This document shows, piece by piece, positions 29,147-39,484 of a stretch of DNA of 64,000 nt; positions within the stretch are counted from its first letter, which is position 1; every line of letters begins with the position of its first letter. The notes beneath the pieces were generated by a model. It saw only the letters and a program-made list of their open reading frames with translations, ran no database searches and was not told the origin of the DNA. Source of the DNA: an uncultured virus (IMG/VR IMGVR_UViG_3300000154_000005) (lineage: Duplodnaviria > Heunggongvirae > Uroviricota > Caudoviricetes); IMG/VR virus record IMGVR_UViG_3300000154_000005; one strand, written 5' to 3'. The translations under genes were made by a program, and so were the position numbers.

Positions 29147-29524
29147 TTATCGATTAGCCTTACGTGAGGCTTTTGCTACTTTAGCAGCAGCTCGATTTTT
29201 TGTTTTTTGTTTTTGTTTTTCCATCGTCCGAATAGCTTCTTTTTGTTTCATCTTCTCAACCATCGCAGCCATTCGAGGATCAGAGGCACCGCTTCCACCA
29301 GCCTGCATACTATTCACAAAATCTTGTGCATTCATACCATCCGGAATTGTAGTAGTTCCACCAGTCTTGATATCATTCATCATAGACTGTTGCAATACTA
29401 ACTGTTCCGGAGACATTTCCGGTTGAGGTGGCGGTGGTGGAATATTATCATCGATAATATCCCCTTCAAGAACTTCACCTATAGCTTCTTTAATATCTTC
29501 TTGGTTATTTTCTGGTATATTCAT
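29147..29524 (-). CDS. Hypothetical protein with polyproline segment and basic tail
   Basis: ORF with GGAG ribosome binding site; hairpin terminator at about 29097-29135. Confidence 0.6.
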   Translation of the reverse strand: MNIPENNQEDIKEAIGEVLEGDIIDDNIPPPPPQPEMSPEQLVLQQSMMNDIKTGGTTTIPDGMNAQDFVNSMQAGGSGASDPRMAAMVEKMKQKEAIRTMEKQKQKTKNRAAAKVAKASRKANR

Positions 29525-29722
29525 TTAATCTCCATTCTCAATGTAAACATTAAAACCTTCACTATTACAAATCATATAAGTAACAGGATCCACAGTGACT
29601 ACTTTTTGTTTTGATACATCGATTCCAATATGATTTAATATTGGAACTAAAGTAGAATCTGACATTTCCTTATTGCAATATATCATAGTATTTTTATTTC
29701 CATTTGAAGAAATTGTAAACAT
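29525..29722 (-). CDS. Hypothetical protein
   Basis: GGGAG ribosome binding site; promoter motif at about 29775-29803. Confidence 0.55.
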   Translation of the reverse strand: MFTISSNGNKNTMIYCNKEMSDSTLVPILNHIGIDVSKQKVVTVDPVTYMICNSEGFNVYIENGD

Positions 29723-29802
29723 ATGTTATTACTCCCATTACTTTTTAGAAAAAGAAAACTGCTCTTTGGACTTTATTATATCTATATATTATAGATGAAA
29801 AC

Positions 29803-30774
29803 TTAAACTCTTAATACTTTCAATTTATCATCAACGGTATTAGTAGTAACCATATCGATACGACTAGCCTGCATTCCAAAGTCTGTTACTTTATAGTTTT
29901 GTTGTATTTGTTTTAAGTAAGGGGAAAGTTCTGATGGTAGTTCTCTTGGATATTCAGCTGGTAGTCGATGCTTCATTATTAGAGCGATTGCCTTTGCATT
30001 GCCTACTCCTTTTAATCCTTTAATTCCATCAGCTTTATCTCCAGCTAATGCAAGTACCAATGGAACATGGGATGCTGTTACTATTCCAGGTTTAAATCCT
30101 TTATGCATAAACATAAGAGCATTCCTATTATCATATATTTGCATATCAATTCTACCTTCACTTTTCTTATATACAGATACTGCTTGTATTGTGTTATTAA
30201 ATTTACAACATTGGAGTAAATCTTTATCTACACTCAATACAACATTCAATGTATCTTCATTTTGTGAATTCATATAGTTATTAGAAATACAATAATGTGG
30301 AACTAAATCAGCTTCGTAATCTTTTAAATATATAACTGTTGATAGGTTTGGTTTAATGAATTTATTTTCTACTTCTTGATAATAATAACTTTTAATAGTT
30401 TTAAACAGTTGCATTTGCTCATCTTCAAGAATATGATATCCTGAAGATTGGCGTCCTTCTTTATAACCTTTTAGTACTGTACTATTTTGTTTATTTACAC
30501 CATTATCAAAATGAATAATAAAACGAGGGTCGTAATATTTAAAAGATGTATACAGACTATTTAGAAATTCTTTAAGTTCATTAAGGAATAATACAGGCAT
30601 TGCCTTATTTGTGACATAATTATCAATCTCCATTAACATCACATTCTGATTATAAAATCCGCGGGCGATACTTGGCATGTCTATAAATATATTTACTTTT
30701 TTATATTTACTATGAAGTAACTCATGAATACCTTTTAAATTGACTCTATATTTTAAATAATGGCTAATAGCCAT
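29803..30774 (-). CDS. 5'-3' exonuclease / RNase H (FEN family)
   Basis: YKEGR, YEADL, SVDKDLLQ, LAGDKADGIKGLKGVG (H3TH). Confidence 0.88.
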   Translation of the reverse strand: MAISHYLKYRVNLKGIHELLHSKYKKVNIFIDMPSIARGFYNQNVMLMEIDNYVTNKAMPVLFLNELKEFLNSLYTSFKYYDPRFIIHFDNGVNKQNSTVLKGYKEGRQSSGYHILEDEQMQLFKTIKSYYYQEVENKFIKPNLSTVIYLKDYEADLVPHYCISNNYMNSQNEDTLNVVLSVDKDLLQCCKFNNTIQAVSVYKKSEGRIDMQIYDNRNALMFMHKGFKPGIVTASHVPLVLALAGDKADGIKGLKGVGNAKAIALIMKHRLPAEYPRELPSELSPYLKQIQQNYKVTDFGMQASRIDMVTTNTVDDKLKVLRV

Positions 30775-31170
30775 TTATTCAGCCTCATATGCATTATGAT
30801 CCTGCCTACTTGCCATCCTATGGTTTGAGATATCTTGTATGAATTTTGAATTATATTTTTCAATCTTATATGCAAATCGCCCACCAAAGTAAACGACAGC
30901 TTCACTACTCATATGGCTAGTTATAACGACGGTTACTGCATTCGTCATAGCAGAACCACCAAGGCCACCAAATCCAAGAGCGGTACTTCCCCAAGTCTGA
31001 GGAAAACTATATACATCTATTTCACAATCTTCTAAAAACTTAGATCGTTCAGGTCCATCTGACTTCTGAGTTACTCTATTCCATTCATTATAAACAACTT
31101 TAGACAAATGGACATATTTTGCCTGTTCAATTGACTTAGATATTTCTGAAATGTAACTATTTATATGCAT
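30775..31170 (-). CDS. Phage hypothetical protein
   Basis: ORF in chain; FPQTWGSTALGFGG segment. Confidence 0.6.
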   Translation of the reverse strand: MHINSYISEISKSIEQAKYVHLSKVVYNEWNRVTQKSDGPERSKFLEDCEIDVYSFPQTWGSTALGFGGLGGSAMTNAVTVVITSHMSSEAVVYFGGRFAYKIEKYNSKFIQDISNHRMASRQDHNAYEAE

Positions 31171-31622
31171 TATTTTACTCCTGTTGATCCAAAACCATCT
31201 TCGCCTCGATTAGTATCTTCTAATGATTTAACTATATTCCATATAATACCGTTAACTGGAGTTAATACTAATTGTGCAATCCGATCTCCATGCTTAACCA
31301 CAAAAGGTTCAATATTATTATTATGATTCATTAAAATAACTCCAATATTACCTCTGTAATTAGAATCAATGGTACCTGGGGTATTAAGAACTGTGATACC
31401 TTCTTTATATGCTAATCCACTACGAGGACGGACCTGGATCTCATAGCCTTCTGGAATAGCTACACTTAGGCCAGTATCAATTAATAATCGTTCTCCTGAT
31501 ATAATCTGAACTGGTCCATTTGGTAAATTTGCTCGTACATCAATGCCACTATCTCCAATTTTTGAATATTGAGGTAATTCATTACTACTTGCATTTACTA
31601 TTTTGACTATTTGATTAATCAT
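31170..31622 (-). CDS. dut: dUTPase
   Basis: SGIDV, RPRSGLA, GTIDSNYRG, RIAQL, RGEDGFGSTG. Confidence 0.97.
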   Translation of the reverse strand: MINQIVKIVNASSNELPQYSKIGDSGIDVRANLPNGPVQIISGERLLIDTGLSVAIPEGYEIQVRPRSGLAYKEGITVLNTPGTIDSNYRGNIGVILMNHNNNIEPFVVKHGDRIAQLVLTPVNGIIWNIVKSLEDTNRGEDGFGSTGVK

Positions 31623-31695
31623 AACTACTCCTGAAAATAAAACCTATTAAATTAATAATAGGTCTAAGTTTAACTGTATTTTAGTTTTAAGCTCT

Positions 31696-34600
31696 TCATA
31701 ATAATAACAATTTCTGTCTTAATAAATCTTTAACTATTTTATCTTTATCCATGCTTTCAAGTATTATATAAATAGATGGTGAGTATAGATTATATTTTCG
31801 TGCTAAATTAGACCAGAATATATAAGATTCACCAGGTGATAATCCAGCATTTATATCCCCATATAGATCAAGAAGATCTTGATAGTTCATGCATTTTCCA
31901 ATTTAAATCTTAAGAATTCTTTAATTATATAATCAAAATATGGTGTTAATATTAGATTATCCCAATCATCTGAATTATCCGGTTCTTTTAAGTTTAACTT
32001 CTTAAACAACTTACTTTTAAATATATGCCATTTTCTATCTCCATATTCAAAAGAATCATATATACTAATTCGAAACTCAAAAAATTCTTTAGGCGTCATA
32101 TTAATTCCAGTTATGAGTATAATAGTTTAAATTGAAGTAACCTCTGAATCACTTGTTCTTTTTTTGGGTTCTGTATTATCTGATCTGTTGGTAAATAATC
32201 ATAATCAGACCAGATATTATAATCCCTTCTAAGTTCTTCATCTAATTCATCCAAAACCTCTATTGAAATAGTAACTCGATTTAAAATCCAAAATATTAAT
32301 TTATCAAGCTCTTTTATTGAAATATTCATAATTGCCCTAATCTAAATTTTAATAAATCCTTGATTATCTTATTTTTTTCTGTATGGCTACATATTTGTTC
32401 TATTGGAAAATATATATTATCATCCCAAATACCATAAACATTGTTTAAATAGGTTTCAAGATCTTGTAGCCCCGAACCACCTTTAAAATTTTCATAGATA
32501 GTTCTTATTAAATTTTCAATATCTAAGTTAGTCAAGATAGGCTCAATTTAAACTTCACTATTTTATTATATACTTCTTTAAATTGAGGGGAACCATATAA
32601 TTCGACCCATCTTTCATCTCCATATAATGAGAATCTGATTTTTGGATAATCAGTTTCTAGATTTTTTACGAACCTACACCAATTAAGATAGTGTGTTGAT
32701 TTTCGAATAACACTAATTTGAAGCATAAATTCATTAAATGTCATAATAAACTCAATTTAAATTTCAACATATCATTAACTATTTTAGATACTTCACAGTG
32801 ATCATATATCTGATCAGCTGGAAAGAATAATTCATAGTCCCATATACCATATTTCGTTTGTAGATACAAATCAAAATCTTTAAGTTCGGTATCTCCTTTA
32901 AAATTCTGACATATATCCAATCCTAATTTTCTAATTTCATCATATGTCATAACAATTCCAATTTCTTTTTATTTAAATACTGAATTATTTGTTTCATATT
33001 ACCAGAAGCTTTAAAATCATCAATAAGATATCTATCAACCATAAAAGTTACTCCATATTCCCATTGAATATATTCTAAAACCTCCAACCATTTTTTATCA
33101 CCATCTCCATCAAACGAGAAATCCCACAATGCGCTAGAAATATTATGTATCAATTTATTAATCTCTTGATCACTTATATTCACTACTCTAACTCCAACTT
33201 AGCCTTTAACATATGATTATATATCTTTTTAAATATTGGAGAATCTGGTACACTATTAATTGAATATGGGCGAGTAATATTATAATAAATAGCCATATTT
33301 TTCCAAAATATATTCCAATGACTGGTGCCTTTATTTATCCTATTAAGATGACTAGCTCTCTTATAAAAAGAATCGCATAATTGTTCCCAATCTTTTCGAC
33401 TTGGAGTGGTCATGATCTCAATAACCTCATTCGTCTTAATTCATTAACAATATATTTAAAATTTTTATTTTCCCTAAATGAACTACTCCAGTTCTTATTG
33501 TTAAATATTATATTATACTCATCACTAATACGAGGAAGAAAAAATCGCCAATCATCTTCATCAATATCCATTATTAGATCTATCATTTCTTCGTCTGAAA
33601 CATACATTATATCTCCGATAATCTTATACGCATTAGTTCATTAATAATAAGTTTAAAATCCTTACTTTCCATAAATGAACTACTCCATGAATGGCCATTC
33701 CATTCAACATCATAGATAATATGAGCATCTGAGATAAACCTATACCATTTAGGAAAAGATATATCATCTATTAAATCTTTAATTTCTTCAGATGATATAT
33801 CCATTAAATCCTCTCTAATTTAACTTTTAACATATCTTGAATAAACAAATCTTTTTTACTGCTATTATATAATGAAGTACTTCTATCTCTACCATCCATT
33901 ATATAAGTTGCGACTGCCATATGCAGTTCATCATCATATTTATATTTAGGAGTCCAATTATGAACAGCACTAGCATGTTTATAGAACATATTTTTGAATT
34001 CTTGAAGAGTTACGAGTGCAGGAGTTTCCATCTTAGTATATCCTTAATAATTGATTCACGATGATGAGAGTTCCAGATTAGTTCACTGTATGGTGGTTTA
34101 GTATATGTAATATTATATTGTTTGAATAGTTCGAAGATATATGAATGCCAATCCCTACCACTTGGAATTGTCATTATTAATTTTTCAAGTTTCTTTTCCG
34201 ACATATGATTCATGAGTGTAGAAGTTTCCATCTTAATATATCACTAATTACTTTTTCTTTATATTTCTACCAGAGGGTTCTCATGGCAAAACTATAGCTA
34301 TTCTTTTTTTCAATATAGTCTGGGGCAGCATCGAGGTCCCCAGAGAATATAAACTCAGCATCGTGAAATGGACCTTTTTCTTCAAACATTTCATCAAAGA
34401 AATCATTAAGAACCAAATCAAGTATATTATCATTTTTAACAGTGAATCCGAAAACATAGTTCTCATCATTAACCTTTTCTATGAAAATTTTAGAGTCTTT
34501 AAATCGTTCATCGGTTTCAATTAATCGTGTAGCAATAATTCTGAACATCCTTACCTGTTCTTCAGCGTTTTGAGGTTCAAACGATTCGTGTTTCATGAGT

Positions 34601-35200
34601 GTAGAAGTTTCCATCTGTTTATATCCCTAATTAGTTTTTCTTTATGAATAGATTTATAAATTTCAAAACTATAAGCCCCAGTGCCTTGAATATTATAAAT
34701 TTTAAACAATCCACATATATAATCATGCCATTCTTCATAATTTGTATCTGTAATTGGTAAATTTATAATTAGATTAGCAATTTCTAATTCAGTCATTAAC
34801 ATACTTCTAATTTTAAACGCAATAACTCTTTATGAATTAATTCATGATCTGGACTTTTTGATAACGCCTCTATCCAAGTAGTGCTATCTCTATCAACTTC
34901 ATAATTATCTACAATATAATCAGTAAATTCCGCCCACCTTTCAGATTTAACAATTTTTAGTACATCAAAAACATCTTCAGCAGTCATTGACTTATCTCCA
35001 ACCTATTATGAATATCTTAGTTTTAGCTTTAATAGAGCAGTACTAATATCCTTGATATCTGGACTCTCTGCAAGAGTTTGAGACCAAGTAGTATAGTCAT
35101 CTGATATATCATACTTATAATGCACAGTCTTAATGAATTCCTGCCACTCTTCACTTGGTATCAAACATACTATTTTATATATTTCAGATCTGGTTAGCAT
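31696..35200 (-). repeat. Tandem array of 16 small related CDSs with a shared C-terminal motif
   Basis: ORFs ending at 31696, 31887, 32111, 32326, 32532, 32741, 32947, 33183, 33410, 33607, 33804, 34010, 34267, 34593, 34796, 35006; mostly overlapping stop/start; promoter motif at about 35232. Confidence 0.85.
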
Positions 35201-35252
35201 CGATTATCTCCCAATATTGCCGTTAAACTCTATTATATCTATATCAAATAAA

Positions 35253-36545
35253 CTATAAATTAAATCTTAAACATTGCCATTTAGCTGAATGTTTCATAAT
35301 AGTCTCTCTTGGGTTCTCTTTTGAAAAGATATTAACTATACTAATCGGAATATATTTTAAATCAAAAGGAACATGTAAGTCAAAGGCATATATTCTATCG
35401 AATTGTAAATAATCAGGGTGACAATCATCATTCTGAAAATCATACACATCCTGAACTTCTTCTCTTACAAATTTAGACATATTTGAAAACCTAGTCATAG
35501 CATTATCAGATTTATGAAGACCAGTAGGGTCTGAGGAATAAATAGAAAATTGTTTAGTTGTGGGCACGGTAACTGATGAGTGAGTGGCTTCAACAGCATT
35601 AATTTTTCTATCTTCATTTATAGAAGATGGTGTTACTTTTGATTTAGTTTTAGGAACTGATGGATCATTACCTTTATATTTTTTAAAGAATGTTTCATAA
35701 TTAGTAGCGATCATAGTTGCATCATTTTCAAGCAATGAATCAAAAACATCTTGAATTGGAGTAATACCGACTTCTTTGGACCCCATTTGAAAATCAGCAA
35801 CACCATCTGAAAATACATTAGCTTTATTAAATTCTGGTAAATTATTAAATGAAATAAAGATTCCACAAATATCAGAACTATTATCATCTGTTATTCTAAA
35901 GTCATCCCAGAAGTAATAAGCAAAGTGATCGATAACCTTAAAGTTGGATTGGAGAAGGGTAGGAATGGTGAGATCATTCTTAGATCTAACCATTATCTGT
36001 TCGTGTATTTTAGTATTAAAGGTAGATACTCCAATCTTATGATCAAAACTAATATCTCCATACTGACTCATAAATCCTTCAAATTCTTTTAGGGCATCTA
36101 ATGAATTAGAATTTTCGATTATCTTATTAAAACTATTAACAGTGGATAAATAGAACAATACAGGATTAGTTAAATACATAGTACAATTCATTAATTGATT
36201 TTCTGCACCTACCTTTTCCCTTGATTCAATATATAATATCTTATATGTTTTTCTAGTTATTAATTTATCATCTTTACGTTCCCGAGTATCGAGGCCATCT
36301 TTTAATTTATTTAGTAATGTTATTGTTAATGTTAACTGTAAGTCTTCGCCTTTTTTTAATGTATCGCTTATATTTAAGAAATTACCAGTAGGTAACGGCA
36401 AAGTTACAGTAGCGAAACTGGCATATTTAACCAATGGAGTCCGATATACATAAAAAGTATTAACATCCTTCGTTACCATTTCTTGTCCATTGAGTAACAT
36501 TTTTAACTCTATACTATAATTATTTGGCGGTGTTGCTGCTGCCAT
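35253..36545 (-). CDS. Hypothetical protein (possibly virion structural)
   Basis: 430 aa ORF with AAGGA ribosome binding site; no motif recognised. Confidence 0.6.
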   Translation of the reverse strand: MAAATPPNNYSIELKMLLNGQEMVTKDVNTFYVYRTPLVKYASFATVTLPLPTGNFLNISDTLKKGEDLQLTLTITLLNKLKDGLDTRERKDDKLITRKTYKILYIESREKVGAENQLMNCTMYLTNPVLFYLSTVNSFNKIIENSNSLDALKEFEGFMSQYGDISFDHKIGVSTFNTKIHEQIMVRSKNDLTIPTLLQSNFKVIDHFAYYFWDDFRITDDNSSDICGIFISFNNLPEFNKANVFSDGVADFQMGSKEVGITPIQDVFDSLLENDATMIATNYETFFKKYKGNDPSVPKTKSKVTPSSINEDRKINAVEATHSSVTVPTTKQFSIYSSDPTGLHKSDNAMTRFSNMSKFVREEVQDVYDFQNDDCHPDYLQFDRIYAFDLHVPFDLKYIPISIVNIFSKENPRETIMKHSAKWQCLRFNL

Positions 36546-36611
36546 TTGTTATTTCCTTAATAAATAAAACATGGCGGTTAAGCCATGCTTAAAAGTTTTC
36601 GGTTTGCATTA

Positions 36612-36857
36612 TTAAATAATATTTAAAATAAGTTTTTGTAATTTATGTTTAATTTTAGGAGGCAAACCGTATAAGTTTAGTGCTTTTTGATAAGCTTCTT
36701 TAAGTGTTGACCCATCTGTTTCATATATAATTTCATCTTTATTATTTTTAATATAGACAATCACATATGATTCCATTCCACCACAATAGCCACCATCTTT
36801 AGTTATATTAGTTATATATGATCTAATACTTTCTTTATATTCATGTATTATATTCAT
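36612..36857 (-). CDS. Hypothetical protein
   Basis: TAATG-coupled to the ligase; ends KHKLQKLILNII. Confidence 0.55.
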   Translation of the reverse strand: MNIIHEYKESIRSYITNITKDGGYCGGMESYVIVYIKNNKDEIIYETDGSTLKEAYQKALNLYGLPPKIKHKLQKLILNII

Positions 36858-38650
36858 TACAATTCTAGAAATTCTTCAATTGTTAGAATTGGAATGCCTC
36901 TCTTCTGAGCTTTATCCAATTTAGAGGTTTGTTCACCAGATGATACTAAGTACGTTAATTTACTTGTCACACTAGCTACTACATTCAATCCTTTAGTATC
37001 GGCGATTGATTTATAGAATGACTTCTTTTGAGGAAGACTTCCACTAAAACATATAGTTTTTCTAGTATCGGCTGCTGTTAATTTAGTATTAACTACACTC
37101 ATCAATCCATATAGTTCACCGATTAGTTCAGAATTTTCTTCTAACCCTTTAATTAAGGTATAACTTCTTTCAAAACTAAAGTTTGGTTGCATTTCTAATT
37201 CTTCAAGAGATAAATTTGTCAATTCACTAAACGTCATTTTAGAGAATAATTGTTTAGCTAAAGTCTTACCTATACCTTTAATATTTAAACTTGCCAAAAT
37301 CTTCCAATCTTCCACTTTCTTAATAACTAACTGAATATTATCATATAATGTATTGGCAGATGTCTCAGCAAAGCCGTCAAGGGTTAATATATCCTCATAT
37401 TCTAATGATAGTATATCTGCTAATGATTTAACTTCTAAGTCATCTACCATCTTCTGAATTGTAGGTTCGCCTAGTTCTTCTATAGAAACTGTCTTTACTG
37501 CATGTACTAGTTGTCGTACGAGAGAGCCACCACAATCTAAATTCAAGCAGTATAATTCTGGCTCTTGATAGTCTAAAGCGCCATCGCAGTTAGGACAATT
37601 ATCAATCTTAATTGGAACCCTATTATCTCCCGGTTCTATACTATCAACATGTGGAATAACATCACCATGTCTTGATACATATGCAATATCTCCAATATGG
37701 AGATTAAAGTCGATGACTCGTTTAGCATTATGTAAAGTTGGACTTTCAATAGTAACTCCATTAACAACAATAGGATCTATAACGGCTACAGGTGTTAGTT
37801 TTCTAGTTCGTCCAACTTGCCATTTAATATCTCTAACAATAGTACGTTTACTATTATCATTAAATTTAAAAGCAATCGATCCTCGAGGATGATGGGATGT
37901 GACTCCAAGAGATTCATGATACTGTTCATCTGTAACTCGAATAACTACCCCATCTAAAGGATAATCAGAGTCTTTAAATCGCTCAACTATAGTTTCCCAA
38001 TTCTTCTCTAAATATTGATATTCCGTTGATATTTCAAACTTCTTATAATCAACCATTGTTAATTTTACAATACCAATTAATTCTGCTGTATCTTTTCTAG
38101 CAGGAGTCATTATACCTGCTGCCATATTCCGTTCAGTTTTAAATGGTTCACCGCTCTTGCGGGTTGCTTTAGTATTTTTAAATTCAGATTTTTTTACTAA
38201 TACTTCTCCAATTATATCAGTAGAAGCAGCATCTTGATCTGATTCAAGATCAATAAGTGGTAATTTATGAGTTACATTCTCTCCATGTAATCCATCTCTA
38301 CCTCTAGTGACTAATAATTGTTTCTTATGATAATATGTACTAGCAATACCATCGAACTTTGGAGAAAGACTAAATTTTTCTTTTGGAGACCTAATAATTT
38401 TACTCCCCCATTTAAGTATCTCTTCTAGACTAAATGCTTTATCAAGAGATAGCATCATTTTAGGGTGTTTAATAGTGTCTCCTACCGCAATAGGTCCATC
38501 AACATCTACTACTAAATAATTAGTTGGATCGATACTTTTTAATTGGTTTATTAAGGAATCATATTCAATATCTGTTATTTCTGGGTTGTTATCTTCCCAG
38601 TATAATCTATTATGATATTTAATAGCCTCCTGCAGCTGTTCTTTATTCAT
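36857..38650 (-). CDS. ligA: NAD-dependent DNA ligase
   Basis: MLSLDK, KFDG adenylation site, DGVVIR, C4 Zn finger, HhH, C-terminal BRCT. Confidence 0.96.
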   Translation of the reverse strand: MNKEQLQEAIKYHNRLYWEDNNPEITDIEYDSLINQLKSIDPTNYLVVDVDGPIAVGDTIKHPKMMLSLDKAFSLEEILKWGSKIIRSPKEKFSLSPKFDGIASTYYHKKQLLVTRGRDGLHGENVTHKLPLIDLESDQDAASTDIIGEVLVKKSEFKNTKATRKSGEPFKTERNMAAGIMTPARKDTAELIGIVKLTMVDYKKFEISTEYQYLEKNWETIVERFKDSDYPLDGVVIRVTDEQYHESLGVTSHHPRGSIAFKFNDNSKRTIVRDIKWQVGRTRKLTPVAVIDPIVVNGVTIESPTLHNAKRVIDFNLHIGDIAYVSRHGDVIPHVDSIEPGDNRVPIKIDNCPNCDGALDYQEPELYCLNLDCGGSLVRQLVHAVKTVSIEELGEPTIQKMVDDLEVKSLADILSLEYEDILTLDGFAETSANTLYDNIQLVIKKVEDWKILASLNIKGIGKTLAKQLFSKMTFSELTNLSLEELEMQPNFSFERSYTLIKGLEENSELIGELYGLMSVVNTKLTAADTRKTICFSGSLPQKKSFYKSIADTKGLNVVASVTSKLTYLVSSGEQTSKLDKAQKRGIPILTIEEFLEL

Positions 38651-39027
38651 TACACCTCTTTTAGTTTATTATATATGATTTCAGCTTCAATTCGATTTGA
38701 TTGCCGTCTAAAATCATCAGTAACAAGGGTTGTTAATTTATGACGGGCTAGCTTATTACATAATTTATTAAAGTCTTTAGTTTCAAATATTTTTGTTTTG
38801 CGGCTACTACAAAACACAATAGTATAAAGAATGTCAACATACGTATTGTAATATATTCCATTAATATTTATATTTTCAGCCCGTCTACTTATATTAATAA
38901 AAATATTTTTTTTAGGTTTAGATATAAGATCAAAATAAGCGGGTCCACTACCGTAATAATTTGTATTATTATGTTCTTTGAATCTTTCAATTTGAGTTAT
39001 AAGTTCTTGTCGTAATCGAGTAGACAT
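38650..39027 (-). CDS. Hypothetical protein with a KLxxx tail
   Basis: Ends IIYNKLKEV; coupled to ligA. Confidence 0.55.
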   Translation of the reverse strand: MSTRLRQELITQIERFKEHNNTNYYGSGPAYFDLISKPKKNIFINISRRAENININGIYYNTYVDILYTIVFCSSRKTKIFETKDFNKLCNKLARHKLTTLVTDDFRRQSNRIEAEIIYNKLKEV

Positions 39028-39038
39028 TATATCAACCC

Positions 39039-39404
39039 CTATTTAAATCTAGTTAATAGATCATCTTTACTTACAGCATAGTGGTTTTTATATAATTTTA
39101 TAAGATATTTATATGTTATAGTTCTCTTACTTTGCCATTTAAAATAAGCTATTGCAAAAATTAGTTTTCCAATTAATGAGAATCTTTGCACTGTCTTCCC
39201 ACCCAGTGCAGATATACAGTAAAAAAAGAATCCGTTACATATCCATACATACATATCTTTATTTTTATTATATATTGAATGTGGCCTATATTGAATATCT
39301 ATACATCCACCTTCACCAGTTTCTTCATTATCAAATACCCAATCATCCGGATTTTCTTTTAAATCTCGAGCAATAGATCTTTCTAGTTCAAATAACATCA
39401 TCAT
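39039..39404 (-). CDS. Hypothetical protein, possibly membrane-associated
   Basis: AAGGAG ribosome binding site; promoter motif at about 39425; hydrophobic segments. Confidence 0.55.
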   Translation of the reverse strand: MMMLFELERSIARDLKENPDDWVFDNEETGEGGCIDIQYRPHSIYNKNKDMYVWICNGFFFYCISALGGKTVQRFSLIGKLIFAIAYFKWQSKRTITYKYLIKLYKNHYAVSKDDLLTRFK

Positions 39405-39449
39405 CTCCTTTAGTATTAAATCATATTATATCTATATATAAAAAGAAAT

Positions 39450-39480
39450 AAAAGGGAGAGGAGTTTTTACACTCCTCCCA
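39450..39480 (-). terminator. Intrinsic terminator after RNAP-2 beta C-part
   Basis: gggagaggagt/actcctccc hairpin with U-tract. Confidence 0.7.
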
Positions 39481-39484
39481 CTTA

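Noticed and set aside
34267..34269. Genome-wide TAG recoding (genetic code 15)
   Set aside because: Long conserved genes have no internal TAG, and several genes end in TAG right before the next start (e.g. 667, 18986, 28593)
31696..35200. Integron cassette array or DGR
   Set aside because: No attC-like palindromic spacers (genes overlap), no integrase or reverse transcriptase in the window, and no adenine-specific repeat pair seen
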